DNA from: Carcharhinus longimanus
Lineage: Eukaryota
DNA: 64,000 nucleotides
Assembly: GCA_030264375.1 (NCBI GenBank)
Contig: JASCQW010000061.1
Coordinates: 71,288,558-71,352,557 of the forward strand
Reading direction: 5' to 3'
Below, piece by piece: positions 12,831 through 26,149 of this stretch. The translations under genes and the position numbers were made by a program. The notes below the pieces were generated by a model. It was given only the letters and a program-made list of their open reading frames with translations, made no database searches and was not told the DNA's origin. Each line of letters starts with the position of its first letter. Position 1 is the stretch's first letter.

Positions 12831-13300
12831 TGATGGTGGTTTCCCTTTTGTGTTGCCTTAATTAATGAAGTGACATGTCCATTCTAAAGGAATGGTTTCT
12901 GAATCATGAACTTTGAGTATCCTGACAATTTTCCAAAGTTCTTGCCTATTTTCCTCTTAAACACAGTGAAGATCACCTGATCCTGAGGAATTTGTGTTTG
13001 ACTTTTGTATGTCAATTAAATTCAATATTTATTGGCTGTCTTGCATTTTGCCCTCATGCTGTCCTTTTCCTCATCAGTAAATACCAAAGTGTTTTTTTTG
13101 CAGTTTCCAATGGATTTCAGACACCCAGTGTACTTTTGGTGTAAACTATATAGTTAAAAAATACAAAACACTTTGTGCAAAATTTGTACTAGTTTAATGA
13201 TACTTTGTGCTTTGCAAAACCCATACAATTATTGGCAGGAATGGTTTTTAAGAATCTTTTTATAAAAACCAAAAGGACTGTTCTAAAACTCCTCTTGCAG

Positions 13301-13432
13301 GAAAGAATTTGAGCCATTCCTTCCACCTTTGAAACCAGAATACTGTGTGAAAGAAGCAATGAGAGCCATCCTCACAGACCAACCAATGATTTGTACACCT
13401 CGACTAATGTATACAGTAACATTCATGAAAAG
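13301..13432 (+). CDS. RDH10: RDH10 coding exon (likely exon 5), 132 nt: (R)[43 protein letters not shown](S)
   Basis: CTCTTGCAG acceptor, GTAAGT donor, phase 2-2. Peptide recognisable as RDH10. Confidence 0.96.
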
Positions 13433-14519
13433 GTAAGTAGGATAGATTAAAAAGAATTGCTTATCCATCAGAACAGAAGATTGTAAAGACTTGGAATATA
13501 AAAACTAATATTATACACTTGTGCAACATTTCAACAAATATTCCAGTTGTACCAGTTTTTATTTTAGCCCTCCAGTTAGTGCTTGGTGAGGTAATGTATA
13601 TGTCTTGGGAGCAGGTAAGATTCCTTTCCTGGAGTACAGTTGTGGCAAATACTGCTTCTCATTCCTGAGCACACTTGGCATAGAGATGATGCCATGATGA
13701 ACTGATTTAGAATACTAATGAATCATTATTGTGAAAGTCCCATAAGCAAAGTAGAAACACTTGTGCCTAGATTTTCTGCTATCTTCTGTCCAGCCTTGCG
13801 ACAGAAATGGTGTCTACTTGATGTGTCGTCATTTCTGGCAGCAGGCAGGTGCATTATTTACAACCTGTTTTATGTGCATGTCAATGTATTGTCATACTCG
13901 TACCAGTATGCAAGCTGTTTGTTTCTGCTGGAGGTGGGTTGGCTAGTTGTAATGTGAAAAGGCTTAAGCTTTCCACCTGTTGGCATGTGCAGGATTGTCC
14001 TATTGCATTGCCAGCCTCTTGTGTCCTCACGACAAATTCCTCCAATGACAAGTGCTGCAATTCCGATTTTTGCCCTAACCGTTATTACTTTACTGACGTG
14101 CCAATTATACTGATATTGCATAACTGCTTAATTGTTGAGAGGTAGCCCCAATAAAAAACAAATGTTGATACTTGTCTCCAATTGATCACGAAAGTTCTCA
14201 ACCCCCCACCCCTTCACCAGAGGTCTTCTGCGTTCTGCAAGAATGTTTTTAGACTGCTACCAAAAACAGCCCTTGGATCACTGGAGTTTTAAGAATCTGA
14301 GCTGCCAGGGCTGTAATACAGTTGGATATCCTCCAATGTACTATGCATGCTAATGACTGTTCTTTCTGAGCTGCCATCTGTAGCACATTCTGTACATGGA
14401 ACAGTTTGATTCTGTGTAAGGGCTTTTGATAGTGTCACTGTACGCAAGGTTGTGAACAGATCTGTCCAGCTGTGTATAAAGCACAGCTTCTTCCAACGCA
14501 TTAATCGTAAACAATTTGA

Positions 14520-16500
14520 GCAAATTAACAATGAGAGGGATGTTATGGCACAAGAGGCCATTCTGCCTGTGAGTTCATGCCAGTCCCTGTAGACAATCCA
14601 GTCAGCCCCACTCAACTGCTTGATCCCATTGCACTGCAAATTTATTTTGTTCAAGTGTCTACCCAATTCCCTTTTTGGAATCATTGCTTCTGCTTCCATC
14701 CCCATTTGTGGATAATGAGTCCCAAATCATTACTGTTTGCTGGATAAACATAATGTTTCCCCCTGCATTTCTTGCCCAAAATCTTTAAATCTGTGTTCCC
14801 TTGTCTTTCTAATGGGAAGAGAGCATTTGGCACTTTCTGTCCATTTCTGCTAGCCTATCTAGTGCTGTTGCAGGCGATTGCTGTTGCTTCCACTTTGTAC
14901 CACTCCTGAAGTTTGGTATCATCAGCAAACTTTAATTTTACTCCGTATTCCAAGATTGAAGTAATTTGTATATCCATACGGACAACATTCACTGCATTTT
15001 CTTTATCAGCCTTCTGTTATTTCATCAAAAAAAAATTCAACTAGATTAGCCAAGCATCTGACAAATTCACCTCCCCACCTTTTAATTAACTCGAATCTTG
15101 CCAATTACTGTTTCTGCTTTTTTTTTCTCTCCCCTACTCCCATTATAAATGCCAAAACTTTACTCATCACTTACAGTAAATTAACTATCTCATAGTTACT
15201 AGGACCATTCTGATACCTTTTCTTGAATAAGGGTGTCACACTCGCCACTTTTTAATCCACTGTCACTTCCCCATTTATAAGGAAGATTGAAAGATATTAA
15301 AATAATCCCTCCCAGTACTTCCCACCACTTCAGCAACCTGGGATGCAAATTTTTCGAGCCAGGTGACTTGCCTACTGTAAGCATTACTAGCCTTTCCTGG
15401 ATCACTCTTTTTTTAAAATTTTCACACTATCTGCACTTAACCTATTATCATTCCTCTTCCTTAATAAACACTAGCATTCTAGCCTTGGCCTCCACCTTGT
15501 GCTTATATTGACAACTTTGTCCCTAATCACACCCACCTCCCTTTTCTGCTTCCTCCTTACATACTGATGGAAGCTTTTTCGGTTCCCTTTTTATGTTAAC
15601 TGCCATTTCACTTCCATCGATGAAAGTAGCCCTCTTCCAATTTAGAAGTTCTATATCAGATTTTCCCTTGCTGTTCTCCAATACTAATTTAAATCTTGTG
15701 ATATATGATCATCTACACAAATATTCCCTTAGACACTGTCCACTTGGCCCACCTCATTTTCAGCATCAAATCCAGCAATGTCTCCTTTTCTAGTTGGGCT
15801 GAGAGCATAACAGATCAAGGAAGTTCACCCTGAGCACAGTACTGAAATTCCTCCTCTTAATCCTTTTATCCCAATCAGTATTTGGGTAATTAGAAGTCCT
15901 CCAACATCACGCTGTAGATCTTGCACATCTGATTCCCTAGTGCGCTCACTACTTGGAGGCCTACAGGATATCCCAGATAGCATGATTTTTGCCTTTTTTA
16001 TTTTATTTTTTTTTGCTGCCCCTGCTTTCCAACACTGCTGTCCCTGATCAGTACTGCCACCCCTCTTCTCTCCCTTCTGTATTCTTTTCTGAACACTTTA
16101 TAGTACATTAAGCATCTCTTCTCACCATTTTAAGCCATATTTCAATTTTTTTTGCCACTATATTGTATTCCCACACATGTAGCTCACCATCCTTGTGTTT
16201 ACATGTGCTTTGAATCCTGTATTTGCACTCTTGTATTAGACTGCTTTGTATCTAATAGGGAGCTGCTCCCTTCTGTATTGTCTAAAACACTCTATGCACC
16301 TCATTTCTATTGCCACATGCTGGTACCCATCCCCTTGCTAATTTTGTTTTAAGCACTCCACAATCACACCTCCCCATGAAGACACTGGTCCCAGTCCTAT
16401 TGAGATGCAACACATCCCCTTTGAATAGGCACCCTCTGTCCATGAATTAATCCCAATACCCCAAGAATCTGAAGCCTCCTGTCAACTATACATTGATCCT
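14520..16500 (-). mobile_element. Degraded CR1 LINE (3' tail, RT, EN and ORF1-end remnants)
   Basis: Minus-strand KFADDTKL (~14912-14935), KSPGxxxLHPRLLK (ORF 15199..15405), and an ORF1-end-like sequence at ~16345-16430. Confidence 0.7.
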
Positions 16501-16988
16501 AATTGGCTGGCAGCCCTCTAAGGAGGGACTTCCTCCAAGTGAGGAACATAAATCCCACTTGGCCTGAATTTTCCAGATGGCAGAGCCATCAGACAAATGA
16601 ATATCATGGTAATTTTGCATCTTTGTAGTCTAGGGCATCCATTTTTATATATATAAAATGTTCCATTATCTGAAGAGGGAATGTTACTTGTCATTTTAAT
16701 CATATCCTATCTTTGGAGGCAGTTTGCTTCTCAGTATTGTAATGGAGAGAACACAGAAAATTTCTTGTCCTGCTTGCAACTAGTTCGCATCTTCATTCCA
16801 GTGTTTCCCTTTGTCGGGAGTTTTCTTTCATCCATTTAGGATCCTACATATTTAATCTGACCTAGCTCATTCTGTGTGCATGTTCAATCTTGATCATCTG
16901 GTATCAAGCCCAGTTATTGCATTTTTTTAATGCTTGAATAACTTCAAAATAAAATTTCTTTAAAAATAAAACATTTTTTCTGTTTCAG

Positions 16989-17112
16989 CATTATGCCATG
17001 GGAAGCTGTCGTTTGTATGTACCGTTTTTTGGGAGCAGATAAGTGCATGTATCCATTCATTGCTGAGAGAAAACAGGCTTTAAACAACAATGAAGCCAAA
17101 AATGAAATCTAG
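16989..17112 (+). CDS. RDH10: RDH10 terminal coding exon, 124 nt: (S)[40 protein letters not shown]
   Basis: TTTTCTGTTTCAG acceptor. Phase 2 joins the previous exon. TAG stop at 17110-17112. RDH10-typical C-terminus ([14 protein letters not shown]...NNNEAK). Confidence 0.96.
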
Positions 17113-17990
17113 AACAAAACTGCTTGCTGCATCCAGCACTGGGGCCTCCTCACAGAAGTGCATGCAATATTTGACTCATCAACATCTCCTCCATACAATT
17201 CAGTGTTTGCAGTGACTACGTTTGAGTGCACTCTTGGCAAACAGCTGTGAAGCTTTAGCTTTCCATGATCACTGTGGATAAAACAGTTAATACTGTACCT
17301 GTGTATTGAACAATTCACAAGATAAATGTATTATGTCAATCTTTGTATAATTTTTCTAGTGGTTAGACTTGCACACATTTTCATGCCAACTGAGCAAAGT
17401 AAGATATGATGTTTTTAACATTTGACTTTTACTCAGCAATGCAATTTGTTTGCTGTTAGAGCTGTATTTATGTGATATTCAATTAGAGGTGTAGATAAGT
17501 GCAGTACTTTATAAAATTCCTGTTACTATAACTTTTTAAATAGTAAATGCACTGTAATTATTGACTTCTCCAACAGTCCACTGCAAGTACTTCTGCAAAT
17601 TTTGGAATTACTGCTAATGGAATATTCAGTTACCTTCCCTAAAATTCTGTAAATTTCTCCGAATGATCTTGCAGTTTTAAAATTGCAGAACGTGTTCCTG
17701 TTGAACACTGGAATACTTTTAAGGAAAATCTCATTGGTGTGCCTTTTGAATCTAGTTCAAATGTCATCCTATTTTCTGTGGATTAGTGGTCCATTTTTTT
17801 TAAGCCTGAAATTTCTACCTCCTTTGTATATCTATTTGAATAACACCTAAATTTGTTTATCAGAAGTTTTAAAAGTAATGTCTTTTGTGTATCTTTGATC
17901 ACTTTTAGATTAATATCTAGTCAGTTTTTTAAGTAATATACTAATTGTAAAGAATTTTTAATTAAAATGCCATTTAAGATGCAAAAGATG
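17113..17990 (+). other. RDH10: Probable RDH10 3' UTR with candidate poly(A) signal ATTAAA at 17961-17966
   Basis: AT-rich, repeat-free stretch directly after the stop codon. The 3' end is inferred only from the hexamer. Confidence 0.5.
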
Positions 17991-18067
17991 TGCGCAATTT
18001 TTACAATGCTTTGGAGAAACAATATTTGAATTGGAATGAGTCTCATCAACAGAAATCTCAGCCATAC

Positions 18068-18185
18068 GCAAGATAAAGCAAAATACTGAAGATGCTGGAA
18101 TTTGAAACAAGCAGGATATGCTAGACAATCTCAGCACGTCTGACAGCATCTGTGGAGAGAGAATAGAACCAACGTTTTCTGACTG
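18068..18185. mobile_element. Short PLE-type repeat insertion with 12-bp target-site duplication
   Basis: TCTCAGCCATAC at 18056-18067 and 18186-18197. Body shared with copies at ~1340, 11860, 28540, 34410, 48230, 51015 and 51915. Confidence 0.65.
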
Positions 18186-20377
18186 TCTCAGCCATACATG
18201 CTAGGTGACCTATTGGTTATATTAGACTGTACCTTCTCTTACTTTATAAATACATTTTTTTGAGCATTGAGAACTTTGTACCATAGTCCCCTAAAACACA
18301 CCACCGCAATTAATAACTGGTCATTTTCCAATCGATAACCGCATTGAAAGAATTTGAAGTTTTTCTTGTGCCCAGGGTCTATTGGGATTACTGAAACCCT
18401 TTTTTTCTCGATCCTTTTAAAATTGCTCCAATTAACGTTTTCAACATGCAGCTTTCTCTCGACTTATTGCCTAGGATAATGTTCCAAGTTCACATCTGTT
18501 AGAAACTTCATAATCCCTGGCCATGTTTTTGTTGCCTTGAGGAAATTATTTGCCTTGCCACCAATGATGCTGCCTAGACTACATGCCCAAAAACGTGAGC
18601 TTCATTGGTTAAGATACAGCCCAATCAAGAAATGGGTCGGGTACTCATGCTATTTGGCTGCTATAATGGATACATTTAGTTTGAAAATTTGTTACAATTA
18701 AATGCGTTGATCCAGGCAACAAATTTAATCTTTGGAACAACACGTGGACAATATTAAACTATGAAAGGATGGGCCAGGGTAGATGGAAACAAGGATCTAT
18801 AGATGTATTGAATGTAGCAGATTGAGGGCAGGAGAAGCTTTTTTATGTACTTGGAATTCGTTTCTAGGATAGTAACTGAGGCATTTGGTATTTTTTTTTC
18901 TCAAATGGAGTGGTTGGGCTGAAAAATGCTTATGTTGTAACTTCTATGTACATGCCTTCAGGCTGGATTGTAACTTGCTCTTTGTTTCGGGAAAAAAAAG
19001 CAAGGTTTTTGTGATAACTTTTAAGCCTTTAAATTCAGCAGTTGTAATTATGGTACACAAACATGGTTAGAGTCCATCAGTTCAAATCTAAACCTTTTAT
19101 AGGTTTATATATGAACAGTGAATCTCTGGGTTATGTTCTTTACTGTCAAAGCCAATCTTTTGTCAAGGTACTAATGCCATACCAAAATGAATTAAGGAAA
19201 AAATGTCCAGGTTTTCTGACCTCCTTCATTTTGATTAGTTCTATAGTTGCTGCAATGCTTACTAAATGAGTATTGGAGACTGGAGTGAAATTGGTATATG
19301 CCAGTACAGAAAGTCGTCATTTGAAGTTGTAGTTGCATTTCTGAAAATCATAACTAAGTGATTTGTGGATTCCCACAGGAATAAATGCTAAAGCTGGTGC
19401 TAGGATTATTTGGACATTTCTCATCTGGGAAAAAAAACACTGAACAAGTTGAAACACAATACCATATATAATCAACACAGCATTCTGAGCTAGAATAACT
19501 TGCACAATAAATATATCATAAATCCTGCATGAATTCTAATAGATATGAACCAATTTCTCATACAGTCCCTCAAATTCAAGGTGGACTTGCTTTTGCTTGG
19601 GGCATTAGACTTAACAGTCATATTGGAACCCATTTGAACCAATCCCCAGCCTTTGTCACATTATGGGCAGGTATTGTTTGGAGGGAAAGTTGGAGGAGTT
19701 CAGAGGTTTTTGCACTCTCTGCACCTTTAACTTGGCATCGGCATGTTCATGATAAAGTAATTTTTTTCAGTGCCTTCCCAAATGAACCATCTCCCATTTC
19801 AGTTGGTGCCATGAATTGATGTTGGACTCCTTTAGGATGTTTTGAGGACATTTTAGCTTAGGGGAGGGGGAGACTTTTCTGTTGCATAGCCTTTCTTGTC
19901 AGTGAATTTGGAGGATCTTTTGAAGGTGTGACTAGTGGTGCTTTGAGATGGCTGGTGTCATGGCCTTTGTCTTGACTTTGAGATCCTCACACTCCTTTAC
20001 TTTTGTTTCTGAATTGAAGGTGCCATGCAACACCCTGCTGAGTTAATGTGTCAAAGGGCCAGGATCCTGGAGGTGGGGGTGGGAAGCAGAGGACTGCTTC
20101 CCTTTTGGCTTTCCTTTGCTTCTCCTGGTGTTGGGTATCTTTAGCAGTTAATGCCCTCATTGATTATCCTGTTCATTTGATCATCTTTGAAGATTTTCAT
20201 TGCCATGCTCTTGACAGTTGTTTCCTTGATGAAACCTAGGTGAGTTTGTGGAGGTGCCATCTTCTCTTTGGAAATATGCATTTTCTGTGGCCTATATTTT
20301 CAAAGAAGCCCAGTCTCATTAACATTCAAGAACTTGTTTCAGCAAGTAGCCACCTTCAGTAACTGTCTTTTAAACAC

Positions 20378-20600
20378 TAAGAAATCTTAGCACCAGGTTA
20401 AAGTCCAACAGGTTTATTTGGTAGCACAAGCCATAAGCTTTTGGAGCACTGCCTCTTCATCAGGTGAGTGGGAGTTCTGTTGACAAACAGGCCTCCCGCT
20501 CACCTGAAGGGGCAGTACTCAAAGCTTGTGGCTTGTCCTGCCAAATAAACCTGGTGTTGAGACTTCTTACTGTGCTTACCCCAGTCCAATGCCAGCATCT
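20378..20600. mobile_element. ~220-bp palindromic Penelope-derived mini-element with HHR-like motifs in both arms
   Basis: Same family as 11566-11790. The minus arm reads CTCAC-CTGATGA-AGAGGCAGTGCTCC-AAAA-GCTT. Confidence 0.75.
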
Positions 20601-21769
20601 ATCAGCTACTGTAATGGCACTAGCTGCCCCCCCCCTTGGTCACTTTAATGTTGCATAGTTAAGAACACCTCTTTCGGTGTTTGAAAAATCCACAAGTAGC
20701 ATTGAAACATTCTGATTGCAAACTCTTGATTCTAAGTCTTTTGTTTGGATAATCATCAAACTAATAGGCACCAGGTGCTGATTTGGGTCTTTGATGTAGA
20801 TTGCCAAGAGTCTTTCCGTGTTCTCCATTTATGTTGCTTCTAGTCTGACACCCCGCCAACACTTAAAGGTGTAACACTTTGCACACTCTTTGATTTTGGT
20901 GTTACTATGGTCATTCTTGCAGGTAGGCCAAGCACTGTGCTTGCTTCCAGCTCTGTTTTAAAACATCCAATTAATTTTTTTATTCTTTAAAGTTGAGTGG
21001 ACAAGGCAAGCTAATTCAAATTGAATCCAAATTCAGGGTTACCACAAGAGAGCCGACAAGGAAAGGTGTTGTGCTTGATCTGATTCTTGATCTTGGCCAA
21101 AAGGATAAAATGTCCAATTTTAATGTTAGTTTGATAGTTTTACTTTTTTTAAACTGCAACAGACTTGCTGCCACTACAGGTTGGGTGTTTCTGACTGGTG
21201 TTTTAAAGTGATTCCAAGGGACTGCAACACTAAGCTGTAAGCCTGAAACAAGGGATTTTAAAATGGTATCTCACCCAAGATCCACAGATCTGCAGGAATG
21301 CTTGCTAAAAGTAAAATCAGCTTGCAGAGTCAAGAAATAGACCAGACTTCAACCTATTCCTTGCACCAAAAAAAGCCTGTTGGTTTCAATTTTTTTTCCA
21401 AAACCTTGCTTTAACATTTTTCAAAATTGAACTTCCCTCAAGTTCAGAATTGTACCGTTCATGTCATGGACCCCATGTCAGTCCAACATCATTGGGAAGA
21501 TGCCATTGTATGTAAACAAAATGAAAAATGGCAATGCAAATTAGAAAAACTGACCCAAAAGAATAAAGGACTGAACAACTTTAAATTGGGAAATTTAAAG
21601 GACACACTGGTTTGGTCCTTGCTTGGGTCACTGTGTGCAATCCTCTTACAGTCCGTAAAATGTGCTGGTTAGGTGCATTGGCAATGCTAAATTTCTCCCT
21701 TTTTGTTTCTTGACACATTTAGTAATAATTGATTCCTCAAAGTACTGAGATTGAGTTATGTAAAAGAAC

Positions 21770-22227
21770 GATGTTGCCAAGCTTTTAATTTGGCATTCTT
21801 GTGTTTGTCCTAGAGTGCAAAATTTCAAGTTATTGCAACTATCTATACTATAGGAGGAAAGAGTGCTGTTTGGTTGGCAAGTGAACACTTTGTTGATGAA
21901 GCAATTGGGCAACGCATGCTGAATAATCTTGTGTGCTAACCTCACTTGCAACCAATTTACAATGATCAGGAAAGCTTGTAACATGGATCATTTACATTTG
22001 CTAGAAGCAATATATTTCCTTTTTTGTAGAGAACCTGCATGAATATCTGTTCAAATCTAGTGTTTTTTGAATTATTTGAGGAATTTATATTTTGCTGTTG
22101 CTTAGTGAACTTGCCAATCAATCAACATCCTTTTCTCCTGTGGTATAAATTGTTGCAATTGTTTGAAATTTGGCATTCTTGCATTTTGTCACTAGTGCAA
22201 GGCAAAAAAAAACTTCAGCATGCCTCT
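21770..22227 (+). mobile_element. Penelope-like element 3' fragment (GIY-YIG C-terminus + pLTR) with an upstream inverted partial copy
   Basis: AIGQxMLNN...HLHLLEAIY remnants at 21900-22020. 21770-21890 is an imperfect reverse complement of 22105-22225. Same family as 40530-42390. Confidence 0.65.
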
Positions 22228-24544
22228 NNNNNNNNNNNNNNNNNNNNNNNNNNNNNNNNNNNNNNNNNNNNNNNNNNNNNNNNNNNNNNNNNNNNNNNNN
22301 NNNNNNNNNNNNNNNNNNNNNNNNNNNNNNNNNNNNNNNNNTTCATGGCTCCCGAAATGTCATTTTCATTCTCTTTCCAAAGCATTAAAAGATTTTCCAC
22401 TGACACTGCAAAATTTAGGGCATATTAATGAATGTGATGCAGACAAATGCTTCAGCCCCATCATTTGCTTTATTTAGTGAGAATCACTGGAATTCCATTT
22501 TCACCATGCATTGAACCAATGTATTGGAATCCGGGAAAAACACTTTTGGGGTGAATAAAATCATACCTTTCCACCTTGGAATTGTATAAGCTGTATCATT
22601 ATTGGATTCAGCTTTATTTTAGAAATGTGCATTTGTTTAGCATTCAAATAGTATAGTTTTGCAGGAGATCGATTAACCATGGTAACTTTAAAACATTGTT
22701 TTCAGAATGTGTTCATATCAAAATGTTTGATTTTATTTGTTCTTTAAATGGCTCCCATAAACTTGCACACCTTCAGGATATAACTCTACCAAGATGTAAT
22801 CTCTTCGTGTAGTTTACTCTAACGTCTTCTGATTTTTTTTTTAAATGCCATGGTACTGCACTGCACAATATTGATGGAACTTTTTTTAGCATTTACTGAT
22901 TATGAACATTAATAAATTTAACTGTCAATGTTAACATTTTGGGACAATTTGTGTAGCTTGATCTTTTATGTAGCACAGGTCATGGAGTGTCTTGTGGAAA
23001 TATTGAAGGCCAGTAAACACTCCTCAAAATTCTGCCAGATGAAGCGCTGTTAAAATAAATTGTCCCTGTAGCTTTGATATATTGAGCGGCCAACTATACT
23101 GTTTCCAATGTATTTAATACAATTCTCTTAACAATGGAAAAACTCTAATAAAAGGTTAACTAATTGAAAAGCAAAATAGTTGAGTTGGAATAATTTCAAT
23201 TATTGCATACAATCTGATTTTTTTATTACTGTTTGTCTTTATCTAGTAGAAGGTTTTGGATTTTACATCTCTTGCTACAAGAGCCAAAGTTTGGTTTCAA
23301 CAATTGTTGCTTTCTTCTAAATAGAACAACCAAGTCTTGAACTCTGCCTAGCATTTAAAGTAGTTTTCACCTGTTTGTTTGTTAGCTGTTTGTTCTCTGT
23401 TCCAGAAAGCCTGTATTTTATAGACCCCCCCGCCCCCCAAAAATTTCATAAACATGAATTCATAACTTGTGAATATAGCTGGCATTTTACAAGACTTTAC
23501 AGCCCCTAATAAAGCTGATCAATCTGGTTTAGGGTGAGGGAGGGATGATGGTTCAAGGAAAGTAAGTGGCCAAGAATTCTCCCTGCTGTTTTGAAGAGCA
23601 CAATAAGAACATAAGAAGTAGGTGCAGGAGTAGGCCATCTAGCCCTTCAAGCCTGCCCCGCCATTCAATAAGATCATGGCTGATCTGAAGTGGCTCAGTT
23701 NNNNNNNNNNNNNNNNNNNNNNNNNNNNNNNNNNNNNNNNNNNNNNNNNNNNNNNNNNNNNNNNNNNNNNNNNNNNNNNNNNNNNNNNNNNNNNNNNNNN
23801 CTTCTTCCTCTTTGTCCTGTGTCTGCACCACTGTACCGTGGGCAGTTTGCTCATCTTTTAATGGTTTGAAGCTATTCTTAATTGCTATTTCTTCATTTGC
23901 ATTGATTCCTAGATTTTGGCATTCTAGTTCTGAACTATAAGTGGGGTAAATTTAAGAATTATTACAGCTAAACGTCCTTAGATTATCTGAAATATATCAT
24001 TTAATACTCTTGGCGAGGCATTTTTAATATCTATCTTCCTCATTGTCATTTCTTCATTTTAACAATTCTTAATGATCTATTCAACATGTGCTTTCCAATT
24101 CTTCTTTCCCCCGCTGTTCTGATTTCATTGTCCTCTTTTCCTCTTACTACTCCTTCCACTTAAGTTTGCTTACCCATATTTGATGCTCTTAACCTTGTCA
24201 TGCTGCACGCTCACCTCACTATTCCCAAGGTCTTGAATATAAATATAATCTTTTCAAATGACCCATGTAGCTTGTCTTTAACCCCAACTTCTGTAGCCAC
24301 ACGTGAATAAATTAATTTCCATCAATTGCACCGTCAAACGCTTTCTAATCATTGACTTTGCTCCATTGTTAATGATACTTCCGTGGCTGTTGCTCTGCTC
24401 AACCTTTTTAATGCCTTTGTCCCAGGTATATACACTTACTTACCCCATTCCATCCAAAGAGTATGAACTTAAGCGCATATGCTGCATAATTAGTTTAGTC
24501 ACTAATCACACTGAGTGCTATTGGATCCCATTCTTCAATTTCAA

Positions 24545-25200
24545 AAAACAGTGTCCAGGGTCTGAGAAGGTTCACTAGGTTGATTCCTGGGATAAAGAGA
24601 TTGTCCTATGAGGAATGAAATGAGCAGGTTTGGCCTGTACTTGAGAGCTCAGAAAAGTGAGTGATGATCGTATTGAAACAAAAAAAATNNNNNNNNNNNN
24701 NNNNNNNNNNNNNNNNNNNGTGGAAGGAGGATCTCAAATTTTAATTTATTTAATGGGAAGTGAGCATCACTGTCGAGGCCAGAATTTGTTACTCATCCTT
24801 AATTAGCTCTTTAAGATAATGAGGAATGACCTTGAACTGCTGCAATCCATGCCATGTGAGAACACACACCATTCTGTTAGGGAGATCAATATAATCTGGA
24901 TAGTCTGTGGCTTGGAGGAGAACTTGTGGGTGGTGGTGTTCCCATGCATCTGCTTCACAAAATTGTGGTCTTTCATTCAAGACACAAATGAGGAAATATT
25001 TCTTGAGTCATTAATCTTCTGGAATTTTCAACCGGAGAGCAGTGCAGGCTGGGTCTTTGAATCTATTCAAAACTGAGCTATACAGATTTCCAATGGGGTT
25101 GGGGGAGGGGGCAGACACTAAAGTTGCGTTAAAGCCACAATCAGATTAGGCATAAGTTTACTGAATGACAGAGGGAGCCAAATGGTGGGCTCTATTACTT
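24545..25200. mobile_element. CR1 3' end (+) interrupted by an RTE-like 3' fragment (-, ~24750-24960)
   Basis: CR1 tail motifs (TATGAGGA, TGGAATT...GGCTGGGTC, CCAAATGG) and RTE-like tail shared with 61845-62070. Confidence 0.6.
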
Positions 25201-26149
25201 TTGATGCTCTTGTTGTACCCAGCTTACTCTTTCCACTATCGACAATTTCTCTCTAAACTCCCCACCCTCCAATCCTTCCAATGCGCGGTGGTAGCTTGCC
25301 TCTTTAAGGAATGTATTTTGGGAGGGTCATGTGACTCAATCACCTAATGGGAACGAAACATGGGGATCTATGTGCAGAGCTTTTGCAGCCAGAGTAGATC
25401 CAAGAGTTGGAAGTGTTAACATAGTGAATACTCTGTATTTATGCGCTCATAAAGAAACTTTTACAGTTTGCTATACTAACTGGNNNNNNNNNNNNNNNNN
25501 NNNNNNNNNNNNNNNNNNNNNNNNNNNNNNNNNNNNNNNNNNNNNNNNNNNNNNNNNNNNNNNNNNNNNNNNNNNNNNNNNNNNNNNNNNNNNNNNNNNN
25601 NNNNNNNNNNNNNNNNNNNNNNNNNNNNNNNNNNNNNNNNNNNNNNNNNNNNNNNNNNNNNNNNNNNNNNNNNNNNNNNNNNNNNNNNNNNNNNNNNNNN
25701 NNNNNNNNNNNNNNNNNNNNNNNNNNNNNNNNNNNNNNNNNNNNNNNNNNNNNNNNNNNNNNNNNNNNNNNNNNNNNNNNNNNNNNNNNNNNNNNNNNNN
25801 NNNNNNNNNNNNNNNNNNNNNNNNNNCTTATCTCTCCCTAAACAGATTCTACATCTTGATCTTTAGAATTAACCTCTCTCTATTGTATCGTCCTTAAGTG
25901 ACAGAGCTTAGCTTTTCCTAATTGCATTCTTTATGTGAAGACAAGAGTATGTGAACATTTGGTTTCATTATTGTAGGTAATGCATTGTATTGATGTTATG
26001 ATTATAATAATAGTTTTATGTTCAGCTGCACCAAATTTCTCTCTCATTCATTTGTTGAGCATTTATGGCAGCTTTACAATGTAATTTCTCTGCCTAGATG
26101 TTGTCCTGTCAGAAAGATTGCCCACCCAGTGACAACATATTCAAGGACT

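Noticed and set aside
19500-20370. Possible unique coding or regulatory block
   Set aside because: Strand-biased composition resembles decayed LINE (Tx1-like ORF1) sequence, but I could not identify motifs well enough to call it either way.
25331-25897. 188-aa ORF, and the other ORFs spanning 22039-22477, 23553-23861 and 28798-29037
   Set aside because: Length is an artefact of N gaps.
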